DNA of 64,000 nt from a virus. Positions 31,599 to 41,151 of the stretch are shown here, piece after piece. Positions within the stretch are counted from its first letter, which is position 1, and every line of letters begins with the position of its first letter. A program made the position numbers and the translations under genes. The stretch is taken from the IMG/VR virus record IMGVR_UViG_3300035645_000269. One strand, 5' to 3'. The notes beneath the pieces were generated by a model that searched no databases, had not been told where the DNA came from, and saw only the letters and a program-made list of their open reading frames with translations.

Positions 31599-32408
31599 AT
31601 GAAAAGAAAGATTGATTTTTTGATTGTGGCACTATTTGCCGTTGTTTTGTTTGCTTCATGCGAAAGAGTTGCTCCCAATTATGCCGGTGTCCTTATGGAG
31701 AACTACGGCAAACAAGGGAAAGAAGATTTTAAAATCGTTGCCGGTAAGGTATCTACATGGGAATTAGGCACAGAGCTTTTTCAAGTTCCGCTATTCGATC
31801 AGCGTGGAGAATTTTCTGATCCAGTCACACTAAAAGCAGCCGACAATACAGAGTTTACAGCCCGGCCAACTTACTCTTATAAAGTAATGAAAAACAGGGC
31901 TATTGATATTGTATTTGATAACAAGCATATTGATAAGGCTGACACCCCATCGGGAAAAGATGGCTTTATGCAATCATTAGAAGATAATATTTTGGAGCCA
32001 CGTATATATGATCTTATCAAAGAAGAAAGTCGCAAACATAAAACAGACAGTCTGATGGCTGACGGTGGTTCATTGGTATTTGAAAAGAGACTGGAACAGA
32101 TCGTTGATAAAGAATTTGAGAAACGGGGATTGCAGTTATTGACCTTCTCCGCACAATTGGAATTTTCAAGAGCTGTCCGCGATAAAATAGATAGCCGTAA
32201 CGAGGTAAACACTAATATTTCGGTACTTGATCAGAAGATTGAAGAACAAAAGAAGCAAAACGAACTGGAGCAACTAAAAACAGAACAAGCTTTAATTGCG
32301 TCCCGTGGACTCACCCGTGAGATTTTATATAAACAATTTATAGACAAGTGGGACGGGAAGACACCTCTATATGGCATTGCTCCTGAATTTTTAAAAATGA
32401 CAAAATAA
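31599..32408 (+). CDS. SPFH/band-7-like lipoprotein
   Basis: Lipoprotein signal LFASCE, then a region with coiled-coil C-terminus (EEQKKQNELEQLKTEQ). Confidence 0.35.
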   Translation: MKRKIDFLIVALFAVVLFASCERVAPNYAGVLMENYGKQGKEDFKIVAGKVSTWELGTELFQVPLFDQRGEFSDPVTLKAADNTEFTARPTYSYKVMKNRAIDIVFDNKHIDKADTPSGKDGFMQSLEDNILEPRIYDLIKEESRKHKTDSLMADGGSLVFEKRLEQIVDKEFEKRGLQLLTFSAQLEFSRAVRDKIDSRNEVNTNISVLDQKIEEQKKQNELEQLKTEQALIASRGLTREILYKQFIDKWDGKTPLYGIAPEFLKMTK

Positions 32409-33155
32409 TATGCTGACATTTCAACAAAGAAGAGATACGATATTGTCTCAATTTGCACAAGCAAAAGCCGATTTGGAAACACTTAATAGTGATATTGATG
32501 CAGAAATCGAAAAGAATAAATCTGTTATTTCTACACTAACTTCTAAAAATACAGAATTGGCCTCTTTAAAAAGTAATAATGAAGGCTCAATCAAGACTTT
32601 TGCTAAATTCCTAAAATAATAATTATCAACCCGATTAATAATCAGCTTCTCCCGGTGTGGCTTGACCGCCTATCCGGGAACTATCATGCCTCACCTTTTT
32701 TCTTCTCTTTGCAAGTCGAGTCGAGTACGCTGCATACGCTCCACGGCGGTAGATACTACAAAGAGTCTTTTTGTTCATGTAAAATGCCTCTATTGTAGAG
32801 GCAAACGGATAAGTGGCGAAATCGGAAGACGCTTAGTTTCTGTGGTAAAAATGCACGAATAGCATCACGAGTCAGGTAATATGCTATTAACACTTGACAT
32901 ACGTACAAACGGAAGCAGAAACGAAAATCCTGATTGCAACAGTTCCCGGTTCGAGTCCGGGCTTATCCACATAAATCAATCATTATGAAAGTTGAAATCC
33001 CCGACTATTTCCTAAAATCCTTTATCCGACATTTTGAAAGGATAACCGAGAATTGTAAAGCTTCACCTTCTGACATCAAGACCAGTGAAGCACTAAGGCT
33101 TGGAAAGAAAGATGTAATTAAGCTCAAAAGATTTATAAACAAAAAAGTATAATTT

Positions 33156-33611
33156 ATGAAACGAAGGATCATAGGTATAGATGTTGGCAAAAACGGTGGA
33201 ATTGTAGTGTACGACACCGAGAATAACAAATTATTGGAGTGTATCAAAATGCCACCAACTCCCAAAGACTTATTAGATTTTCTCTCCATATACAAAGAAA
33301 ATAGCGTTTGTTATTTGGAACGAGTGAATGGCATGACCGGACAAAGTGCTTCTGCCTCTTTTGTTTTTGGAGAAGGTTACGGACAGCTGACTATGGGATT
33401 GATAGCTTGTGGGATTCCGACAGTAACAGTATCTCCACAAACTTGGCAAAAAACTATAGGATTACGAAATACAGACAAATTGGGTAAGACAGAATGGAAA
33501 AACATCTTAAAGAAGAAAGCCCAACAGCTGTTCCCGTATGCAAAAGTTACATTGGCAACTTCGGATGCCTTACTAATATGTGAATATGGTAGAATTAAAG
33601 AAAAGGAATAA
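33156..33611 (+). CDS. RuvC-like Holliday junction resolvase
   Basis: N-terminal IIGIDVGKNGGIVVYD (RNase H-fold catalytic Asp), 151 aa. Confidence 0.5.
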   Translation: MKRRIIGIDVGKNGGIVVYDTENNKLLECIKMPPTPKDLLDFLSIYKENSVCYLERVNGMTGQSASASFVFGEGYGQLTMGLIACGIPTVTVSPQTWQKTIGLRNTDKLGKTEWKNILKKKAQQLFPYAKVTLATSDALLICEYGRIKEKE

Positions 33612-33886
33612 TGGAAAAATTAAAAAAATGTAGCAAATGTGGCCGGGAACTTCCGGTCAGTGAGTTTTGGAAAAATGCTTCAACCGAAGATGGATTGCAG
33701 ACATATTGTAAAGAGTGCGGTAATGTTTATGCCAGAAACCGTAAGAAAACTCCGGGGGGGGGGAATTTGAAGAAAATATATTCCAATCCTGAATTGGCAA
33801 AATTTTCTCCACGGGAACTTATCGCAGAATTGAAAGCACGTGGATATACCGGAGAATTGAAATACACCCAAACAATATCATTATAA
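33611..33886 (+). CDS. zinc-ribbon protein containing an in-frame G10 tract
   Basis: CSKCG...CKECG. The G10 at about 33754-33763 encodes PGGG. Confidence 0.35.
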   Translation: MEKLKKCSKCGRELPVSEFWKNASTEDGLQTYCKECGNVYARNRKKTPGGGNLKKIYSNPELAKFSPRELIAELKARGYTGELKYTQTISL

Positions 33887-34423
33887 ATGGAAAAGTTACG
33901 TCTATTGGTTACAACCAAATGTCCGAACAAATGTCCTATGTGTTGCAACAACTCATGGGATTTTTCAAAATTACCAGTTGTTGAGCACTTTAATTACAAA
34001 GAGATCATGATAACTGGTGGAGAACCACTTTTGTTTCCTGAAAAACTGGCAAATTTGGCTGAAAGTATCAAAACCGTTCAAAAATTGGCCTATGGTAATA
34101 AAGGAAAATTATTTCTATATACGGCACTGGCTGATATGCTCCCCAATTATATCAGATACTTCGATGGAGTTGTTTACACTCCACATTCTGTTAATGATGT
34201 TCATAGTTTATTGGAGGCCAATAATTTTTTGTTGGATTACAAAGATGAACTTATGGAAAGTAAATCTCTTCGGCTCAATCTTTTTCCTGATATTAAAAAG
34301 CATATTCCTGACAACACAGACCTTTCGTTATGGAAAGTAAAAGATATGCAATGGATCAAAGATTGCCCGGTTCCGGCTGATGAAGAGTTCAAAAGAGTAG
34401 CTGAATTATGGGAGGTGGAATGA
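33887..34423 (+). CDS. radical SAM-like protein (QueE/NrdG-like)
   Basis: CPNKCPMC (CX3CX2C) and ITGGEPLL glycine motif. Confidence 0.45.
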   Translation: MEKLRLLVTTKCPNKCPMCCNNSWDFSKLPVVEHFNYKEIMITGGEPLLFPEKLANLAESIKTVQKLAYGNKGKLFLYTALADMLPNYIRYFDGVVYTPHSVNDVHSLLEANNFLLDYKDELMESKSLRLNLFPDIKKHIPDNTDLSLWKVKDMQWIKDCPVPADEEFKRVAELWEVE

Positions 34424-34550
34424 TGAAAGATGTAATTACCCCCCCCATACACAACATCTCTATCCTTATCGCTGGTCTTTAGAAGATGCTGTTTTTACTA
34501 AAGATAAAGGAAAGGTATTTTCTTGTTTTGCATGTGGCGGTGGCTCTACT

Positions 34551-35513
34551 ATGGGTTACAAAATAGCAGGTTACGATGTTATTGGCTGTAATGAGATTGA
34601 TCCACGAATGATGAAATGCTATGAAACAAACCATCATCCCCAGTATAGTTATTTGGAAGATATTCGTGATTTAGTGAAAAGGAATAATCTTCCCGAAGAA
34701 CTGTACCATTTAGATATATTGGACGGATCACCACCTTGCAGTACATTTAGCATGTCGGGATTACGTGAAGATGCGTGGGGTAAAGAAAAGAAATTCAAAG
34801 AAGGTCAAAAGACACAAGTTTTAGACACGCTCTTTTTTGATTTTATTGCACTTGCCAAACGCTTAAAACCTAAAGTCGTTATTGCTGAAAATGTGAAAGG
34901 ACTTCTTTTAGGGAATGCGATTGATTATGTCAGACGTATATACAAAGACTTTGAGGAAGCTGGTTATTATTGTCAGCATTTTCTTCTTGATGCTTCTAAA
35001 ATGGGAGTACCTCAAAAAAGAGAACGTGTATTCTTTATATGTATCAGGCATGATTTGGGAGTCCATTTCCTAAAAGTTTCAGACCTCTTCAATGTTGAGC
35101 CATACATCGACATGGAATTTAATGAATCGGAAATATATTATGGGGAATATGCGGATTACAAGGGAAAGCCTATTGGTGTAAAAATGAGAAAGTTATTTGA
35201 GCAGAGAGTGGCAGGAGATATTGCTTTGGCAGAGGCCTATAAGAAACAAACTGGAAAACGAGGCTTTTTTAATCAACAATATCTATATGAGAACAAAGTA
35301 AGCTACACCCTAACAACTCATGCAGACTCAATTATTCCTTTTAAGCAGCCTATATATTTATCACGGTCAGAAGTATGTAATATATCCACATTTCCACAAG
35401 ATTATCATTTCCTCAACCAATCCCCACATTATATCTGTGGAATGAGTGTACCACCCGTTATGATGGCGCACGTAGCCTCACGAATATGGAAATATTGGTT
35501 ATCTAAATTATAA
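34551..35513 (+). CDS. C5-cytosine DNA methyltransferase, N-terminus displaced into another frame by a poly-C tract
   Basis: Motif IV GSPPCSTFSMSG and motif VI VIAENVKGLL. Motif I (VFSCFACGGGSTMG) is encoded in-frame upstream of the annotated Met, but the only upstream ATGs (34420/34423) are in another frame across a C8 tract at about 34439-34446. Confidence 0.75.
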   Translation: MGYKIAGYDVIGCNEIDPRMMKCYETNHHPQYSYLEDIRDLVKRNNLPEELYHLDILDGSPPCSTFSMSGLREDAWGKEKKFKEGQKTQVLDTLFFDFIALAKRLKPKVVIAENVKGLLLGNAIDYVRRIYKDFEEAGYYCQHFLLDASKMGVPQKRERVFFICIRHDLGVHFLKVSDLFNVEPYIDMEFNESEIYYGEYADYKGKPIGVKMRKLFEQRVAGDIALAEAYKKQTGKRGFFNQQYLYENKVSYTLTTHADSIIPFKQPIYLSRSEVCNISTFPQDYHFLNQSPHYICGMSVPPVMMAHVASRIWKYWLSKL

Positions 35514-37178
35514 ATCAAATGAAATCAGAAGAATTAGCAACCCAGTGGTGTCAGGATCATCCTGATGCAACATTGGAACAAGCATTCATGGCCGGATTAG
35601 GCCATAAGATGAATATGAATAAGGATTCTCTTTCTGCAAGGAAAGACAAATTCAGAAGTGAAGTCCTCATGTATAGAGGGAAATATCCTGATGATATGTT
35701 GAAGGACTTTTTCGAGTATTGGACTGAATGCGGAGGACGGAAAATGCGCTTTGAGAAGGAACGTACATTTGAAGTTTCCAAACGTTTAGTCAGATGGTCT
35801 AATAATGATTTTAACAAGTATGGGAAACAACTTAATTCAAGTCAACAGCAATCTCCCGGCAACCGAAAAGAAAGCGTTGAAAGACTTGCTGACCTTGCAA
35901 GCGGAGTATTACAAGGGATTGCACGTAAGTTCGATTAAAGAAGCTGTTCTCAACACTCCTAACCTACCACTCTCCGTTATAAGAAAAGAAATCACATTGG
36001 CTGGCGCAAGAGCCATACTGGTAATTGCGATTAACGAGCTTGTGTCTTTTTTCAATGTTGGAAAAACGATGAATGATGTTCAAGTGGCACTTACCGCTGA
36101 TCTAATAATAGACAGATTCTATTATCTCAAATTGGAGGAAATCAAATTGTGTTTCCGTAATGCTATGGCTTCCGGTAAGATTTACGATAGACTGGACGGT
36201 AATATCATTCTCGGCTGGTTAAATGAATACGATGCACAGCGTGATGAAATTGTTTCTTCTCTTTCAATTAATGAAGCCCATGAACAAAATAATAACAGCA
36301 CTGGAATGTTCTACGGAGAATATATCAAACATCTAACTGAAAGATCGGAAAATGGAGATGAAGAGGCCAAAGAATTATTGGAATCCCATCAATCATTCAT
36401 ACAAAGGATGAAATCAAATGATAAAGAAGCCGCTTTCAAAAAATGGAAAGAAGAATATTATGGAAGAACTAAGAGACAAACTACTTGACTGGGCGAAACA
36501 ATTTGAAACACCTGATTTTATAAAAGATGATCCTATATTTTTTCCACATAAGTACAATGATAAAAAGGACATAGAAATCAGTGCCTTTCTTACTTCATGG
36601 ATAGCTTTCGGGAATCGCAAACTGATAATGCAGCAAGCAGAAATTTTGGATAATCTAATGGGTAATTCTCCTTATGCCTTCATTATGAACAAAGTATGGG
36701 AACAATACAAAGAAAATACAAATACCTTCTACCGTATGTTCACCTACCATGACTTCTTCTGCATTTGCCAGCGGTTGTACAACATATATCAGGAATGGGA
36801 TGATTTGGAAGTATTTTATGAGGGTTACAACAATGTTATCCGTGAAATACAAACAGATTTTGGTGGCGTAAAAGGTATTCCAAAATTGGAGCGTGATTCT
36901 CCATGCAAGCGTATTTGTCTGTTTCTACGGTGGGTAGTACGAAAATCGCCGGTGGATTTAGGTATTTGGAATATTATTCACCCGACAGAATTATACATAC
37001 CATTGGATGCACATGTTGCAAAAATGGCACACCAGCTTGGGATAACAACACGCAAAACAGAGGACTGGAAAATGGTTCAACAAGTAACCAATTACATGAA
37101 AACAATTTTCCCGGATGATCCGTGCCGGGGAGATTTTGCATTATTCGGATATAGTATTAACAATAAATAATTTACATT

Positions 37179-37763
37179 ATGTCAGAACTTAAAATCACAC
37201 AAGAAAAGGTAACAGCCGCTTTTAGTGAAGCAAACGACTGTCCTAAAGCAATTAGTATTCTAACAGCCCTATTCGGAAAGCAAAAGCCGGATTATACAGA
37301 TTATCACAATATTAAAACCTACGAAGATGCTTGTGAAGCAATAGGTGTAAAACCTATTGTTCGCCTACTTGTTGAGGATGAAGACGGACACAAAGAAGAA
37401 GTGGCTGATATTGCACACCTCGCCTACATCAAACTATGCACAATTGCTCGTGCATTGAACAACGATCCTGATTTTCCACGATTTACTAAAGATGAATACC
37501 GTTATACGCCGTGGTTTTATCTTTATAATCAGAAAGAAATTGATGAAATGGACGAAGAGGATCGTAATCAGCTGGTTCTTTGGGGCGGTAGTGCGGATAA
37601 CGGTGCGTATTGCGGCCTCGCTTATGCGGACTCGAATCTCGTTTGGTCGACCTCGTTTGCGTCTGTCGGCTCTCGCCTTGCTGTAAAATCAAGTGAAATC
37701 GCAATTTACTTTGGAGAACAATTCAAAGAATTGTGGAAAGACTTTCTGATTGGAAAAAAGTAA
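37179..37763 (+). CDS. remote DGR-2 target protein (small, C-terminal VR)
   Basis: The C-terminal ~107 nt match TR2 (51284..51391, minus strand) except at TR adenines. Encodes ...LVLWGGSADNGAYCGLAYADSNLVWSTSFASVGSRLA. Confidence 0.6.
   Translation: MSELKITQEKVTAAFSEANDCPKAISILTALFGKQKPDYTDYHNIKTYEDACEAIGVKPIVRLLVEDEDGHKEEVADIAHLAYIKLCTIARALNNDPDFPRFTKDEYRYTPWFYLYNQKEIDEMDEEDRNQLVLWGGSADNGAYCGLAYADSNLVWSTSFASVGSRLAVKSSEIAIYFGEQFKELWKDFLIGKK
37571..37677 (+). repeat. DGR variable repeat (VR2), cognate to TR2
   Basis: gctggttctttggggcggtaGtgcgGataacggtgcgTattgcggcctcgcttatgcgGactcgaatCTcgTttggtcgaCctcgTTtgcgTCtGtcggctctcgcc. Capital letters mark differences from TR2, all at TR2 adenines. Confidence 0.7.
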
Positions 37764-38627
37764 TCACACTGGGGAGGCCGCATCAAAGCGGCCTTTTCCA
37801 TACCTTTTAAATCTATGACTCCAAAAGAATTTTTCGACAAAGTGGTGGAAATGCGCCGTTGCCAAAAAGAATATTTCAAAAATAAGAGACAGATAGATTT
37901 ACGAATAAGTAAACAAATTGAGCGTGAAGTAGATGAAGAAATTGAACGTGTTCAAAAAATCCTTCACGACAAACAGAATCCGCAACTCTTTTAGACTATG
38001 GTTAATATGAAAATCCTTGACCTGCCATTAAAAGCAAAATGGTATGAAATGATCGAATCCGGAAATAAGAAAGAAGAATACAGAGAGATCAAGAAATACT
38101 GGATCGGAAGATTAGCAAAATGTGGAGGTCGCAATTCCTATGAAAAGACTGGTTTCTATTGTAAGAAAGCTATTTGTTTTTCTTGTATTACACGTGGAAA
38201 CGGCTTTCACCCCAAAGAATACACTCATGTTTGCTTCCGTTTTGGCTACACCAAACGGACAATGCTTTTTGAACTTGAATCTATAACCATCGGAGTTGGT
38301 AACACCAATTGGGGAGCACCGGATAACGAATGTGTATTTATACTTAAACTGGGAAAATGTATCAAAAAAAATGAAAGTAAGGACTCAACAGAATTTCAAC
38401 CGAAAAACTCGTGAAACAGTATTCGGTATCAGCATCATGCCTGACGGTGGCAGAAGATATTGTAAATACCCAATAGGCCACCAAGAATACAAAGACTATA
38501 CCCAAGCACACCAAGCTATGAAAGATGTACAAAAGATATTGGATAATGGAGGCCGATTAGTGTATTCTCCCAAAGGTAGTGCCGGGATTAATAAAAATGA
38601 ATATGTAAAAATTGAAATGACATAAAA

Positions 38628-39478
38628 ATGAAAATATTAGTAAGTTTTTCAGGTGGTAAGGATTCACAAGCATGTTTGATCCAAGCCTTCAAACAATATG
38701 GGGGGGGGATTTAATCGCTGTGTTTTGTGACACCGGCTGGGAACACCCTGACACATATAAACATGTGAATGATGTTTGTCTGCAAATGGGAGTAAGACTT
38801 ATAACTCTCAAATCAAAATACGATTTTGTGTCTTTGGCAGTTCACAAGAAAAGATTTCCTTCCACGAATGCACGGTTTTGTACCAGTGAACTAAAAATGA
38901 AGCCAATGATTGATTATGTACTTTCTTTGAAAGAAAGCTGCATTATTATACAAGGTATCAGAGCCGGAGAAAGTACAGCACGTGCGGCAATGGAAGAGGA
39001 ATGTATGTACTTCAAATCGTATTTTCAACCTAATAAGAAAGGAAGAACTGAAAACTACCGAAGTAAGGATGTCAAAGAATGGTGTTCCCAATTTGACGCT
39101 TCTGTTCTAAGACCGATCTTCAAATGGAGTGCACAGCAAGTTATAGATTGCATACTGGATGCAGGGCAGAAACCGAATCCATTGTATTATCGTGGATTCT
39201 CACGTGTTGGATGTTTCCCGTGTATCATGTGTCGGCATAAAGAAATTGAACTTATAGCCAAAAATGATCCTGAAATGTGTCAACGTCTGATTCAAGCAGA
39301 GAAAAACGTGGGACATTCCTTCTTTCCTCCATCATACATACCTCAAAGATTCTGTAAAAACAAACAATATCCTTATGTAGAGGAAGTTTTGGAGTACGTT
39401 AAAGAACATACCCCTGATATGTTCGAGCCGGAAAGTGGATATGCCTGCATGAGCCTGTTTCATGGACTATGCGAATAA
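38628..39478 (+). CDS. PAPS reductase-family (PP-loop) protein, split by a poly-G tract
   Basis: The upstream ATG gives MKILVSFSGGKDSQACLIQAFKQYGGG (PP-loop SGGKDS) and stops just after the G tract at about 38700-38708. ORF 38672..39478 continues in another frame with GIRAGESTARAAMEE. Confidence 0.55.
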
Positions 39479-39626
39479 ATAAAAATATTATGAAGAAAAT
39501 ACTACTTATCTTTACACTCCTTGTTTTGTTAACTGGATGTACTGCACCAAGAGTTTATAAAAAGAACCGCTTCACAAAACAGTTTCAAGAAGCAGATTCA
39601 ATGTTTACTCAAAAACATTTATTAGA

Positions 39627-40079
39627 ATGAAGACATTAGACGAAAAGGCTGCCGAATATGCAGCAGGGGTTGTAGCTGAGTTCCCTGAACTTGCAAGCTA
39701 CAAAGGAACTATTGAAACCATTTACGGACAAGGGGCAATGGAATGTGAATTACTTGGAGAAGAAACGGGAACCTTTGGGCAAGCACTTGAATCTCTCAAA
39801 CGAGGGCATCTCGTTACTCGTAAAGGATGGAACGGTAAGGGTATGTTCATATTCATGCGTCCTGAAGATTGTTTATCAACGGAAAAGGTTGTTAATCATG
39901 TTAAATCACTTCCCGAATCATTCAAAAAATGGATAGCCAACAATTATGGAGATTCGGAAATTGATAAAATCAAATTTACTGCATACTTATGTATGAAAGC
40001 TGCCGATGGCACCGTTGTAAATGGTTGGCTTGCATCACAGACAGATATGCTTGCTAACGATTGGATGATAGTTAAATAA
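39627..40079 (+). CDS. DUF2829-like phage protein
   Basis: KGWNGKGMFIFMRP...LCMKAADGTVVNGWLASQTDMLANDWMIV. Confidence 0.35.
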   Translation: MKTLDEKAAEYAAGVVAEFPELASYKGTIETIYGQGAMECELLGEETGTFGQALESLKRGHLVTRKGWNGKGMFIFMRPEDCLSTEKVVNHVKSLPESFKKWIANNYGDSEIDKIKFTAYLCMKAADGTVVNGWLASQTDMLANDWMIVK

Positions 40080-40609
40080 GTGTATGTCATACGGCTGTTA
40101 AATGTCTGCCGTATGACGCATTCTATACAATTATAAAGCAAACGACTAAGTTATGAAATGTGAAGAGCACGTAGATAAAGGAAAAACAAGAATAAGAGGC
40201 TGGCACAATTTTACTCCATGTAAAAATACTGCTAAATACAAAGTTACATACCCAAGTGGCAATGTTCTATTTTTATGTGGAGTCCATTATAATAGATTGA
40301 AAAGACTTGGATATAACGTTAAAGCCGAAGAAATCAGAAAATAATATTAGTAGAAAAATCTTTATATTACTTCCATATATTCAAAATCATGTATGAAGGA
40401 TTAAAAATAAATTTCAGACTATGGCATATTGTAGGCGGTATTTACGAATACAAAACATTGATAAGACTTCCTCGAAAGCAAAAGAAAGCATTAAAGAAAA
40501 GTCTTTTGCAGGATATTTTTACGATTGATAGGAACTACCTAAAAGAGTGCCCAAAGCCTAAAAAAATGCCAATATTTAGTTATAAACAAGAATAAAAAGG
40601 ATATAAATA

Positions 40610-40849
40610 ATGCCGATAAGCGAAGTATATAACATGGACTGTATGGAATACATGAAGGGGATTCCTGATAAGTTCTTTGATTTAGCGATAGTCGATCCCC
40701 AGTATGGCATAGACATAATGCACAAGGGTGGGATGCCGAAGCATTTAGGCTTTAAGCAGTATAAACGCAAGGATTGGGACAAGAAACCACCTGGCAAAAG
40801 ATATTTTCAGGAGTTATTTAGAGTGAGTAAGAATCAAAATATGTTTTAG
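40610..40849 (+). pseudogene. truncated N4/N6 DNA methyltransferase fragment (DPPY-type)
   Basis: MDCMEYMKGIPDKFFDLAIVDPQYG is an N-terminal methylase block, but the ORF stops after 79 aa. Confidence 0.4.
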
Positions 40850-41151
40850 GTGAGCATACCAAAGGCTATAAAGAAGGATTTGATACTGGAATTAAACAGT
40901 GCATTAAGATACTTGATAGAAATTGCTACTCTAAAGAAATAAATAATGATGAAACAGTACAGAATCAATAAAACGACTACCTTCGTAGAAGATAATTGCA
41001 GCGGAAACAGAGAGAAATACCTCCTTCTTGATTACAAAGTACAAGTTAAATTTGCAGGGATTTGGATAACAGTCAAGTCCTTTCATGATGAAGATGAAGA
41101 ATACGCAAAGAACTGTGCGAATGAACTTCTTGAAAAACTTAACGAAAAGAT

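Noticed and set aside
32930-32970. tRNA-like T-arm cccggttcgagtccggg followed by cttatcca
   Set aside because: I could not build an anticodon arm or D arm from the upstream 80 nt, so it is not a tRNA gene. It may be a terminator-like hairpin or an att-core remnant. Kept as low-interest.
37571-37677. VR2 as a target of TR1
   Set aside because: Alignment to TR1 leaves many non-adenine mismatches. Alignment to TR2 leaves only adenine-site differences.
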